DNA of 64,000 nucleotides, from sequence record NZ_KX832927.1, one strand, 5' to 3'. Shown piece after piece: positions 40,294-49,309 of this stretch. Position numbers and translations under genes: made by a program. The stretch is from a plasmid. Under the pieces are notes generated by a model, which had not been told where the DNA came from, did not search any database, and worked only from the letters and a program-made list of their open reading frames with translations. Each line of letters begins with the position of its first letter. Within the stretch, counting starts at the first letter, position 1.

Positions 40294-43006
40294 TTAAACG
40301 CTCCTCCTCAATCATCTTATTATAAAGATTAAAAAGGTGCTCAAGTCTTTCTTCATCTGAATCTAATGTTTTTTTATAATAGCACTGCTCAACAATTCTA
40401 TCATTTTCCTGATGTGCTAATAATAGATCTAATGGCATAGTATCTGGATCATATAATTTAGACATTGGTAAATTTGAATATGTTTCTCTAATCGTTAAGA
40501 TGTTAAATGCTGATGCAACTAACTCCTCCTTTAACTCCTTAGTAATTTTAGGAAATGGGAATGTATTGTAGCAAAGCACCGATGAATACCTTAAACGTGT
40601 CTCAAGTGCCCCTCCGACAGCTCTTACCCAAAGCATGTGCATTTTGGATGTTAGAAGGGAAAATACATAAGGTTCTGGATTATATATAGCAAACGCAAGA
40701 TTATTAATTATGATCGAATCATCTAAAAAACCTATCGGAATATATGGACGACGTTCCGAAGATGTTCCTGGAATAATTATAGCTGAACCTGCTTGGTGTC
40801 TAATCTCAATAAAACGATATGGACGATCGGCAAATTGTTGATATGACTTTTTTTTACTTTGTGCACGCTCGACATACACTGAATTTAACCGCTCTTGCAT
40901 TGGTGGAATATCCTTAATTTCATGTAAATCTCCTTCTGATATCCATAAACACCATCTGTCTATGCCTTTAATAAACTCATTAGAACCAACAACTTTTTTA
41001 ATAAATGGTTTTAATTTTGGATACTCATTAATTAATTGATCCTTTTCTTCTGTTGAAAAATGCAAATATCCCCAATCATTAGGCATATTTCCTAAAACCA
41101 TTTTAGGTAAATTTGATAGAACTTTTGTTCTTTTAGAGACAGTAGGAGTATTTAAAGAGGTTAAATAAGGACTAATATTTTTGCAAACTAGGACTCTATT
41201 TTCCTGATAAAGCTTTCTATTTAAAGGCAAGTATTCGTTATTAATCAATCCAACAATAATACATGTAACACCTGCATTAGATTTTGCACTATTAGTCCAT
41301 TTAAAAGCTTTATGTGCAAAATGTATATCTACATTATTTTGATAAATGAGAGGCCAAAGTAATGAAACTTGCTCCCCTTGAGATAAAGAGTTTGTTGAAA
41401 CAAATGCAAGAGAGCCTTTAGTACTTTTAATATATTGTGAACCTTTAATAAACCAACAGGATATATAATCTAATTTCGTAGTTGAACCAATTACAGCATA
41501 TAAATCATTTTTTTGACTTTCTGATTGTTGTGAAAAACCTTTGTAAGGAGGGTTCCCTAGCACGAAGACTTCATCGTTTTCTGTAATTGGACATAGATCT
41601 GACCAACTTATTTGGACGGCATTTGCATTTATGATATTACCTCCTTTTTTAAGAGGTAAGGATGGTAAAGATTCTCCAAATTCATCTTTAAAAGCAATAT
41701 TCATTTGGTGTTCAGCTAACCATAAAGATAATATGGCTATTTCATGTGCAAAATCATCAATTTCTATACCATAAAATTGAGAAACCTGAATCACTGAAAA
41801 TGGTTTTGAAAGCTGACCTGTTTTATCAAGTTCAAGCTCTTGAATACGTTTTAAAAGCTCCTTTTCAAACTTACGAAGCTCTTTATAAGCAATAATAAGA
41901 AAGTTTCCTGAACCACATGCAGGGTCAAAAATTTTCAATTGCCCTAAACGCTGCTGTAGCTGCAATAATTTATTTATGCTGTCCTGATTCTTTTCTAGTT
42001 CTTCGTAAAGGTCATTCAAAAATAAAGGTTCAATAACCTTCATAATATTTGGAACAGACGTATAGTGCTGTCCCATATTGCTACGTTGTTCCGTATGAAC
42101 AACTGCTTGGAACATTGAACCAAAAATATCAGGATTAATATCAGACCAATCTAATTCTGCACCACATTCAATCAAGATTTGGCGTGATTTACGGTTAAAT
42201 TTAGGAACTTGGATATCATCCTTAAAGAGACCACCATTTACATAAGGAAAATCTGATAAGTAGTCTGGTAGATCTTTAGGGCGTTGCTGTTTTGATTGAT
42301 TTAAAACAACAAACAATCGCTTTAAATAGTCTGATAGATCTGAACCATCTTGTTTTGTATGAGAACCAATAGCATCAGAAAACTGTTTATCTTTGAAAAT
42401 TTCTGTATCTTCAGCAAAATAACAAAACAGTAATCGTGATAAGAAAATATTGAGTTGATGTAAATTCTCTTTATTATTTAAGCCATCTTCATCGAAATTA
42501 TCTGCTTTAATTTCGTCAAAGAGCTTTGCCAATTTTTCGGCTGCTTTAACATCCGCTGGGTTTTCACCCTGATATACAGCTTTCTCCATCCCAGCCCATG
42601 GTAGGAAGAAATCAAATTTTTTAGCTAAATCACTAAACTCGATATCCAAACTATCATTTGTTTTGGTATCAATAGCTAATAATTTTTTAAAATCCGTGAC
42701 TATTAAGAAACGAATCTTATTGCCTTCAGTTCGTCTTTCTTGCTTCATTTGGTCAATGAGACCATATAGATCTTGTTGTTTTGCAATTTTAAAATAGAGT
42801 TGGCGCTTCCAAAAAACAGAGTTTTCCTTATCTTCAGCTAAATTTCGCTCACCAGAGCGCACACGCCCCACAGACTGACTGCGATGTCCATAAGCTAAAA
42901 GCAACTCATAGATAAAGTCTTGTTTGTTTAACTCATCTTGAGTAATTTTACTGATGATCTGTTTAACATTTTCTTCGATTTGGACAATATTCATGTGACA
43001 TGACAA
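40286..43006 (-). CDS. MmeI-like (Type IIL/IIG-type) fusion protein: N-terminal PD-(D/E)xK-like nuclease region, gamma-class N6-adenine DNA methyltransferase, and C-terminal TRD; gene 1 of the operon
   Basis: 906 aa. Candidate nuclease motif IVTD-x8-IDTK near residue 100. MTase motif X HYTSVPNIM, motif I DPACGSGNFL and motif IV GNPPY, in gamma-class order. About 380 aa of C-terminal TRD-like sequence. The size and domain order fit the MmeI family. Confidence 0.7.
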   Translation of the reverse strand: MSCHMNIVQIEENVKQIISKITQDELNKQDFIYELLLAYGHRSQSVGRVRSGERNLAEDKENSVFWKRQLYFKIAKQQDLYGLIDQMKQERRTEGNKIRFLIVTDFKKLLAIDTKTNDSLDIEFSDLAKKFDFFLPWAGMEKAVYQGENPADVKAAEKLAKLFDEIKADNFDEDGLNNKENLHQLNIFLSRLLFCYFAEDTEIFKDKQFSDAIGSHTKQDGSDLSDYLKRLFVVLNQSKQQRPKDLPDYLSDFPYVNGGLFKDDIQVPKFNRKSRQILIECGAELDWSDINPDIFGSMFQAVVHTEQRSNMGQHYTSVPNIMKVIEPLFLNDLYEELEKNQDSINKLLQLQQRLGQLKIFDPACGSGNFLIIAYKELRKFEKELLKRIQELELDKTGQLSKPFSVIQVSQFYGIEIDDFAHEIAILSLWLAEHQMNIAFKDEFGESLPSLPLKKGGNIINANAVQISWSDLCPITENDEVFVLGNPPYKGFSQQSESQKNDLYAVIGSTTKLDYISCWFIKGSQYIKSTKGSLAFVSTNSLSQGEQVSLLWPLIYQNNVDIHFAHKAFKWTNSAKSNAGVTCIIVGLINNEYLPLNRKLYQENRVLVCKNISPYLTSLNTPTVSKRTKVLSNLPKMVLGNMPNDWGYLHFSTEEKDQLINEYPKLKPFIKKVVGSNEFIKGIDRWCLWISEGDLHEIKDIPPMQERLNSVYVERAQSKKKSYQQFADRPYRFIEIRHQAGSAIIIPGTSSERRPYIPIGFLDDSIIINNLAFAIYNPEPYVFSLLTSKMHMLWVRAVGGALETRLRYSSVLCYNTFPFPKITKELKEELVASAFNILTIRETYSNLPMSKLYDPDTMPLDLLLAHQENDRIVEQCYYKKTLDSDEERLEHLFNLYNKMIEEERLND

Positions 43007-43061
43007 CCATTTTTAAGCTGATAATTTGTTAAATAAACAATGAGTTAATATGACTAAGAAC

Positions 43062-43334
43062 CTATCCCAATAGGTTTTTATTCCAGACAATGACACCACA
43101 GGCAAAATGCAGCATCGCCTCATAATTCTCGACTTTCTTCTCCCAACGAGTCAGGACACGACGATAGCGATTCATCCAACTGTGTGTTCTCTCTACAACC
43201 CAGCGGTGAGCCTTAAAATCCGTGTTTTTGATGGCTTCTGACTCATCCTTCCGTGACTGGATATGAGGTTCATAGCGACGACTTTTCAGATACGATTTCA
43301 ACCATTCCGCTTCATACCCTTTGTCCATGCACAA
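43062..43334 (-). CDS. IS5-family transposase OrfB (C-terminal DDE part)
   Basis: …HRWVVERTHSWMNRYRRVLTRWEKKVENYEAMLHFACGVIVWN… is a typical IS5/IS427-group C-terminus. Confidence 0.7.
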   Translation of the reverse strand: MCMDKGYEAEWLKSYLKSRRYEPHIQSRKDESEAIKNTDFKAHRWVVERTHSWMNRYRRVLTRWEKKVENYEAMLHFACGVIVWNKNLLG

Positions 43335-43455
43335 CCGGAGCCTCTTGCATGGTCTGCCCGTCTGGAGGGCATCGAGCGTATCCGCAACCAGCTTTATGTT
43401 CCGGCTACAACCAGTGCAAGCGGAAGCCTGTTCGCGTCAGTCATCAGACTGCGCT

Positions 43456-43854
43456 TTACTCCCTGTTTCCCACGGTCTGTAGGGTTCCGGCCTGTTTTTT
43501 TGAGCCTGCCAGGGGTGATTTTGTCATACAACCATCAATCGACAGCCACGACCAGTCAATAGCGTCCAGCTGTTCGCTGGCAAGCAACCCGTTTTGCCAG
43601 AAGCGTTCAAATACGCCAGCATCCCGCCACTCTTGAAATCGGCGGTGAGCAGAGCTTGACGAGCATATACCGGTGGCATTCAGCGCATTCCACTGGCAAC
43701 CCGTCCTGAGTACGAAGAAGATGGCGTTCATTGCAGCGCGATTATCAACCCGCTTGCGGTGCGTACCCAGAGGATGGTGAGTTTTATGCTCCGGAATCAG
43801 TTGAGCCATTTTCTCCCAGAGTCCATCACTGATCTGCCACTTGTTGCCCGTCAC
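43456..43854 (-). CDS. IS5-family transposase OrfA (N-terminal HTH part)
   Basis: MTGNKWQISDGLWEKMAQLIPEHKTHHPLGTHRKRVDNRAAMNAIFFVLRTGCQWNALN… is an IS5/IS427-group N-terminus. Confidence 0.7.
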   Translation of the reverse strand: MTGNKWQISDGLWEKMAQLIPEHKTHHPLGTHRKRVDNRAAMNAIFFVLRTGCQWNALNATGICSSSSAHRRFQEWRDAGVFERFWQNGLLASEQLDAIDWSWLSIDGCMTKSPLAGSKKQAGTLQTVGNRE

Positions 43855-44013
43855 GCTTCGCCTTCAGAAATTATCATTATGTATTATCTGACAATTCCTT
43901 TTGGGATAGGTTCTTAATGATGATATAGCATTATCTAAAGGAATTTGATTACTTGTTGCTGTGTGTAGTGTTTCATTTTCCATTCTATCCCATAACCCTT
44001 TTAAGTATTATAT

Positions 44014-44346
44014 CTATCCTATTAACGCCTTTGCTTTAGCTTTTATCTCTGCCAGTTCTGATGCTTCCACTTTGCCTTTTTTAGTAACCTTACGAGCTCT
44101 CCAGTCAACACAAGTAACTTGATCAGCTAATGCGTAGCTGTCTCTTTCGTTCGAGATCTCGCATTCAAATGGATAGCCTTTGCCTTTAGTTGTACATGGT
44201 ACGCATAGTAAGAGCCCTACTTTATTATTGTATGCAAATGGACTGAGGACAACAGCAGGACGATGACCGCCCTGCTCATGTCCCTCAACTGGATCAAAAT
44301 CAATCCAAATCAAATCACCAGAATCAGGCACGTAGCGAGATACCAT
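44014..44346 (-). CDS. mazF: MazF/PemK-family endoribonuclease toxin
   Basis: MVSRYVPDSGDLIWIDFDPVEGHEQGGHRPAVVLSPFAYNNKVGLLLCVPCTTKGKGYPFE… is close to E. coli MazF. Confidence 0.9.
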   Translation of the reverse strand: MVSRYVPDSGDLIWIDFDPVEGHEQGGHRPAVVLSPFAYNNKVGLLLCVPCTTKGKGYPFECEISNERDSYALADQVTCVDWRARKVTKKGKVEASELAEIKAKAKALIG

Positions 44347-44591
44347 TATATTAATTCCTTACCTGTGCGAGCTCCGAAATCTACTTTCTCATGAATATTT
44401 TCCGGTGTGATACCGGCTAACAAATTATCTAATGAGTATTCTACCGCTTTAACTGGCGTAATGATGATACGACCTTCTTCTACCGCTATTTCAACCGTAT
44501 CATCAACGCTAAGTGCCGCTTTTTGCATGATTGCAACAGGAAGCCGTACAGACGGGCTATTGCCCCATTTTTTTACTGTGACCTGAGCCAT
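44346..44591 (-). CDS. mazE: MazE/PemI-family antitoxin
   Basis: MAQVTVKKWGNSPSVRLPVAIMQKAALSVDDTVEI…ITPENIHEKVDFG is MazE-like. Its stop overlaps the mazF start. Confidence 0.9.
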   Translation of the reverse strand: MAQVTVKKWGNSPSVRLPVAIMQKAALSVDDTVEIAVEEGRIIITPVKAVEYSLDNLLAGITPENIHEKVDFGARTGKELI

Positions 44592-44639
44592 TTATCACCT
44601 CTACAATTCAACGTTCGAGTTTAAATAGTAGCACCCTAT

Positions 44640-44900
44640 TTTAAATGTATCAACATTGTTGATGGTATTGATGTGTATAAACACATAAACACATAAACAC
44701 ATAGACACAAGCGAGCATAAGTAAGAATATACATAAAAACATTGACGCATGTGCGTGTGCATGTGTAACTAACTGATTTCAAGAGTTAGGTATGTACCTT
44801 TACGAGTTAATGTGTTTTTGCTCATATACACATAAACACAAATACACATTGATTATTTTTTGGCTTACTTAGATAATGAACAAAACACAAACACACATAT
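44640..44900. repeat. Array of ACACATA / CACATAAACA-type short direct repeats; a candidate centromere (parH/parC-like) or operator upstream of parA
   Basis: Multiple copies of CACATAAACACAT, ACACAAATACACAT and AAACACAAACACACAT across an AT-rich 260 bp immediately upstream of the ParA start. Confidence 0.55.
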
Positions 44901-44911
44901 GAGGGTTTCCA

Positions 44912-45535
44912 GTGAAGGTAATTTCTTTTTTAAATCCGAAAGGCGGGTCTGGAAAAACAACCACCGTCATAAACGTTGCTACTGCTATGCAAAGAGCCGG
45001 TTATTCGTTAGCGGTTGTCGATACAGACCCTCAAATGAGCCTATCTAACTGGTCTAAAGAAGGGAACTGTGATTACGATGTTTTCACCGCAGCCAGTGAG
45101 AAAGACGTTTATAGCATCCGTAAGGATCTAAGTGATTATGATTTTGTCATTGTAGATGGTGCTGGTTCACTTTCTGTAATTACTTCAGCAGCGGTTATGG
45201 TTAGCGACCTTGTTATAATTCCAGTCTCGCCAAGCCCTCTTGATTTTTCCGCAGCCGGTAGTGTTACATCAGTTCTTGAAGCTCAGGCATACAGCCGCAA
45301 AGTAGAAGCTAGGTTCCTGATCACTCGCAAAATTGACCAAACCACTATGTTGCAAGTATTAAAAGACAACCTCAAAGATACCGGCTTACCTTCTTTCAAA
45401 ACCGCCATTGCTCAACGGCAGAGCTATATTAAATCTATTCTGGATGGTAAGAGTATTTTTGAAACTAACGATGGTAATGCAAAAGGCGAGATTGAAATAC
45501 TAACCAAAGAAATTCTGACTATTTTTGAGTCATAA
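44912..45535 (+). CDS. parA: Small ParA-type (type Ib) partition ATPase
   Basis: MKVISFLNPKGGSGKTTTVINVATAM… with a deviant Walker A motif; 207 aa. Confidence 0.85.
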   Translation: MKVISFLNPKGGSGKTTTVINVATAMQRAGYSLAVVDTDPQMSLSNWSKEGNCDYDVFTAASEKDVYSIRKDLSDYDFVIVDGAGSLSVITSAAVMVSDLVIIPVSPSPLDFSAAGSVTSVLEAQAYSRKVEARFLITRKIDQTTMLQVLKDNLKDTGLPSFKTAIAQRQSYIKSILDGKSIFETNDGNAKGEIEILTKEILTIFES

Positions 45536-45626
45536 TGTGAACTAACACATAAACACAAATGTGTGTTTACACATAAGCACTAAAACACAAAAGCGCATAT
45601 GTGTTTTTAATGAAAAGAGATACTTT

Positions 45627-45854
45627 ATGGCACTAGAAAAAGTAAATGAATCATCAAATTCACAAAAGATGAAGTTCGGTGAAAACAGAGACTTAGATAA
45701 AATTCTTGAAAAAAGTACAAAAACAAAACGTATAAATGTAGATCTTGATGAAGATACTCAAATTCGATTCAAATCTGCATGTGTCAAACGAAACACCACT
45801 ATGAAAGATGTAATATCAGATTATGTTCATCAGTGGCTGAAGCAAAATGAATAG
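45627..45854 (+). CDS. Small partition-adaptor-like protein (ParG/RHH-like) downstream of parA
   Basis: 76 aa from the ATG at 45627 (MALEKVNESSN…). The position and size are typical of a type Ib ParG. The track ORF is over-extended at its 5' end (from 45561). Confidence 0.5.
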   Translation: MALEKVNESSNSQKMKFGENRDLDKILEKSTKTKRINVDLDEDTQIRFKSACVKRNTTMKDVISDYVHQWLKQNE

Positions 45855-45950
45855 GTAGTGTTTTCTTGGGATGATATTTCATCCCTTTTTATTTTACTTT
45901 TATCTCAATTTCACTATGTAAAATTCAAAACAGAAGTGTCTCATGCTCAA

Positions 45951-46319
45951 CTATTCGACCCAATCTGGTAGCTTTGGCAATGGTTGTCTTTTCCACGGCT
46001 CCTGCTCTCCAAGATTCCAAATTTCAGTGTTGTATGTTCCTGTTCCACCAAAATCAAGGCTTGGTCGTAACTGCGATATGTAGCAGTACGCGAGAAACCC
46101 GTTCTCTCTCTTGCGTACCAATTCAGTCCAACCGACCGCGTATATATCTTGTAGATATGCTTCCCAAGCAAACAGCACACCGGTATTGCTCCAATGTTCT
46201 AACTCAGGATAAAACCTTCTTATTTCCTTTATAAAATCAATCACGTCACTATTGAATTCATTATCTGGACATGGGTTGCTCGGGTTTCGTTGAAACGTTT
46301 CTTCATTAAAAACAAACAT
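45951..46319 (-). CDS. Hypothetical protein (122 aa)
   Basis: ORF with no recognisable domain. Confidence 0.4.
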   Translation of the reverse strand: MFVFNEETFQRNPSNPCPDNEFNSDVIDFIKEIRRFYPELEHWSNTGVLFAWEAYLQDIYAVGWTELVRKRENGFLAYCYISQLRPSLDFGGTGTYNTEIWNLGEQEPWKRQPLPKLPDWVE

Positions 46320-46419
46320 GCTCCGGTCCTCTACACTAACTGGCAGTGTTTTTGCTTTTTATAATTGTACCTGTGATTAAATTCTTCACTTTGATATTAG
46401 GCTAATTGCTATATCACGT

Positions 46420-46545
46420 AAAACACACTCAAATGTGTGAACACACATTAACACATACGTGTTCATGTGATTAACCCCACACAAATACACATTAACACAT
46501 TAACACATATACACATACGTGTTTATGTGTATAATTAGTTTTGCC
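46420..46545. repeat. Second array of ACACAT-containing repeats (AACACATTAACACAT etc.), with an internal inverted repeat ACACACTCAAATGTGTGAACACACATTAACACATACGTGTTCATGTG
   Basis: Direct and inverted copies of the same short motif family as at 44640-44900 and 45541-45600. Confidence 0.5.
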
Positions 46546-46587
46546 ATACGTTATATGATTATAATAAGTACCAACACTAGGGTTATA

Positions 46588-46615
46588 ACGCCACATTGTG
46601 GCGTTTTTTTTTGGC
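46588..46615 (+). terminator. Rho-independent terminator-like hairpin (AACGCCACATTGTGGCGTT followed by T9)
   Basis: Perfect 7-bp stem plus a T-run. It lies downstream of the repeat array with no annotated plus-strand gene ending there, so it could terminate a small RNA. Confidence 0.45.
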
Positions 46616-46673
46616 TGTCATTTAGGAAGGGCAGGGCAGGAAAAATAGAAGCTCAAAGCGAAGCACATAGCCG

Positions 46674-47066
46674 TCAGTATGCTTTGTTTAGCTGTGGCTC
46701 GATCTTTGAATTAGCCTTTTCTAGCCAATTCATACTATTAGAACAATCCTTCTCATGACCAATGATTGTCAATACCTGTTTATAAGCATCATCATTCAAC
46801 ATGAATTTCAAACTATTCAGATAGCCATATAAAGGGTCCCTAACTATCACATCGTCTGCCGTGACTGACTGCGCACATACCTGATAGCGGATATCTATAA
46901 TGTTTTGAACAACACTCATACAAGCTGGACAGTTTGCTTTGTATTTCTCTAAATCAGAATATCGCTGTCCTTCAATCCCTTCCATTGCAGAATAACTATT
47001 ACCTAATGCTGGCACTGCAAACAGTGAAGTTATCAGAATGAAAGGTAAGGATATTGTAAGTTTCAT
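46674..47066 (-). CDS. Secreted/periplasmic Cys-containing protein (signal peptide)
   Basis: N-terminal signal peptide MKLTISLPFILITSLFAVPALG; 130 aa. Confidence 0.5.
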   Translation of the reverse strand: MKLTISLPFILITSLFAVPALGNSYSAMEGIEGQRYSDLEKYKANCPACMSVVQNIIDIRYQVCAQSVTADDVIVRDPLYGYLNSLKFMLNDDAYKQVLTIIGHEKDCSNSMNWLEKANSKIEPQLNKAY

Positions 47067-47074
47067 TTTTATTC

Positions 47075-47548
47075 TTAGTTTAGGTTGTTCTGCTGTTCAC
47101 TTAGTAGTTGCAACTCAGTCCACACCTCAGTTTCCGAGGCTTTTAAAACCTCATCCAACTGATCTGGTGTCGTTGCTTCTAACACGGCTTGTCGGTTCTC
47201 ACCACTTAACTTACCGGACATGATTTGTACACCTGACATGATCATTGCGTGATATAAGTTCTGGCGTTCCTTTTCATCTGCTGAAAATATGCTATCCAGC
47301 ATCTCTAAAACCCCGTTATAGCGCATAATTTCGCTTTCACTGCACTGTGACGTATTCATAAGGTGTTTGAGCTCGTGTAGCTTCTCACGGGCTTTAAATA
47401 GGGCATAGTTTAGAACTGTTTGATCACGTTTCATTTCTGCCATCACATAATTAGGATTTTGAACGTTACAATTTGAAATTTGGTCTGCCTTAGCCATTCT
47501 GCTCTCCTGCATTTGTATTTTTACTATTAGGTAATACTCTAAACACAC
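47075..47548 (-). CDS. Hypothetical protein (157 aa)
   Basis: ORF downstream of the ssb-like gene, with a small overlap. Confidence 0.4.
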   Translation of the reverse strand: MCLEYYLIVKIQMQESRMAKADQISNCNVQNPNYVMAEMKRDQTVLNYALFKAREKLHELKHLMNTSQCSESEIMRYNGVLEMLDSIFSADEKERQNLYHAMIMSGVQIMSGKLSGENRQAVLEATTPDQLDEVLKASETEVWTELQLLSEQQNNLN

Positions 47549-47834
47549 CTGTCTGGTAATTCATTATTATAGAACAGGAATTATTAGTCGGTTGTAGCCT
47601 TGCTTCGATGTAAACAAGTTGTCCTTTCTGACCAAAATTAGCTGCTATTTCTGCTATTTTTCCGTATGCACTAATGTTAAACCAATCTGTTATCGGGTTT
47701 CCTTTCGAGTCATGCCGGTTAATTGCAACAGAGAAGTAGGTCATAGCGTCACCGTTAAGCTCTGAATACTTCAGATTATCTTTCGGGGACGAACCTAATC
47801 GAGCGATCAGTTGCACCTTGTTAAGTAATTCCAT
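47490..47834 (-). CDS. ssb: Single-stranded DNA-binding protein-like (short OB-fold, no acidic tail)
   Basis: …KVQLIARLGSSPK…TDWFNISAYGKIAEIAANFGQKGQLVYIEARLQ… parallels the SSB core (…[31 protein letters not shown]…). Confidence 0.6.
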   Translation of the reverse strand: MELLNKVQLIARLGSSPKDNLKYSELNGDAMTYFSVAINRHDSKGNPITDWFNISAYGKIAEIAANFGQKGQLVYIEARLQPTNNSCSIIMNYQTGVFRVLPNSKNTNAGEQNG

Positions 47835-47836
47835 TG

Positions 47837-48883
47837 TTATGCCTGAATAGCTTCAGTGTTAGATTCGGTTTCGTGCGGTTCGTTCTCATCATCATTAGAT
47901 GCGGCTGATTCATCATTCGCAAACTTCTGAAGTACATCATTAAGCAGGGTCACAATTGTTACTGGCATTTCTACCGTTACTGTTTCATCATTTTCTTGAA
48001 TATCAGCAACTTTGTCGTGAATTGTTGTGCGGATTTCACTTAATTGTGAAAACACAGAATGTATTTCTTTTTTTGAAAAAGGTACTTTCTTCACTGAAGG
48101 TACAAATTTCCGTGTAACTTTATTTTTGCCGCTGTCAGTCGCCTTCTGCAATCCTGCAATGATCACATCATATGCCTCTTGATTAGTTTCTTCACACTCA
48201 AGCAGTATTTCGATAGCTAAATCAGAAGTAATCAGGTTCTTCCTGACAAGATCAGTAATTCGGTAATCTGCTCGGAACAAGCGTAATAATCTGTTGATCG
48301 TAACAACACTTGTATTCGTATATCGTGCAATTTCCTTTTTTTCCCATCCCATACTAAGTAAACGATGGAAACCATCAGCTTTTTCTAACGGGGCTAAAGG
48401 TTTACCTTCAGAAGATGTCAGCATATTGACGATTTCGAGTTGCTGACTGCCTGAAAACTCCGTGACGTATACGCCCTTAATCGTGCAGCCTTCTTCCATT
48501 GCCATGCGTAGAGCACAGTATCTGTGGTGTCCATCAATAATCTGCAAGCGTGGCAAATTATCAACCGTTACTACTTTCACAACGATTGGAGGAACATAAA
48601 CACCAGTTACATACGAATTTTTGATACGTGCGGCATGTTCAGTATCGATCTCTCTCAGGTTGAACCCTTCCTGTACGTACAGTAACTCTACGTTGACGCG
48701 ATAAATATCACCACGTGAACACACCTTTTCCTCAAAAGCATCCGACATTTTGCGTAATGTTGAGATGTTGTGTGCTTCAGTATTTTTTTTCAGCGTAGGG
48801 TAGGGTAGGTCATTGAGAAGTACCTTGCTCATATCCGAATTGTGTTGACTACCATTCGTAGAAATTGCTGCGTTAGTATTCAT
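47837..48883 (-). CDS. ParB-like nuclease-domain protein (ParB/Srx fold)
   Basis: Motif …LQIIDGHHRYCALRMA… (the DGHHR box of the ParB N-terminal domain); 348 aa. Confidence 0.65.
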   Translation of the reverse strand: MNTNAAISTNGSQHNSDMSKVLLNDLPYPTLKKNTEAHNISTLRKMSDAFEEKVCSRGDIYRVNVELLYVQEGFNLREIDTEHAARIKNSYVTGVYVPPIVVKVVTVDNLPRLQIIDGHHRYCALRMAMEEGCTIKGVYVTEFSGSQQLEIVNMLTSSEGKPLAPLEKADGFHRLLSMGWEKKEIARYTNTSVVTINRLLRLFRADYRITDLVRKNLITSDLAIEILLECEETNQEAYDVIIAGLQKATDSGKNKVTRKFVPSVKKVPFSKKEIHSVFSQLSEIRTTIHDKVADIQENDETVTVEMPVTIVTLLNDVLQKFANDESAASNDDENEPHETESNTEAIQA

Positions 48884-49309
48884 AGTCCTCGCCTTGTCAT
48901 TGTGTAACTAGGTATTATTTTTATTCAACGTAAGGCTATCACACAGGATTTTCTATTTTCCTTAGTTACATAGGGAAAACGGTATCATTTCGATTTATGT
49001 TTATTGTTATCAATCGGTTAAGAGATGACAATCATATAGAGTAATACATGATAATATAATTAAATCAATGGCTTGCATTGATAATCATAAATTGATAATG
49101 ATTGTTTCTTTATCTGAATAATATTTGATTATTTGAATATAATTCTAAACGAAAGGAATTCTCAATGTGAGTATTTTGGCTGATACAATTAGCAGGGTCG
49201 TGGTGAATCCTGCTTAATTTGATTAGGGGTATTATCTAAGTATTAATTAATAATGCGTTTATCAATGAATGTGATAAACGAAGCTAATCGGTCTTGATTA
49301 GAGTCGCCC

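Larger units (their letters stand above)
43055..43916 (-). mobile_element. IS5-family insertion sequence (IS427-group-like, about 860 bp) with a two-ORF, frameshift-type transposase
   Basis: Imperfect terminal IRs TAAGAACCTATCCCAATAGG (43056-43075) and CCTTTTGGGATAGGTTCTTA (43897-43916). OrfA is at 43456..43854 and orfB at 43062..43334. Confidence 0.75.
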
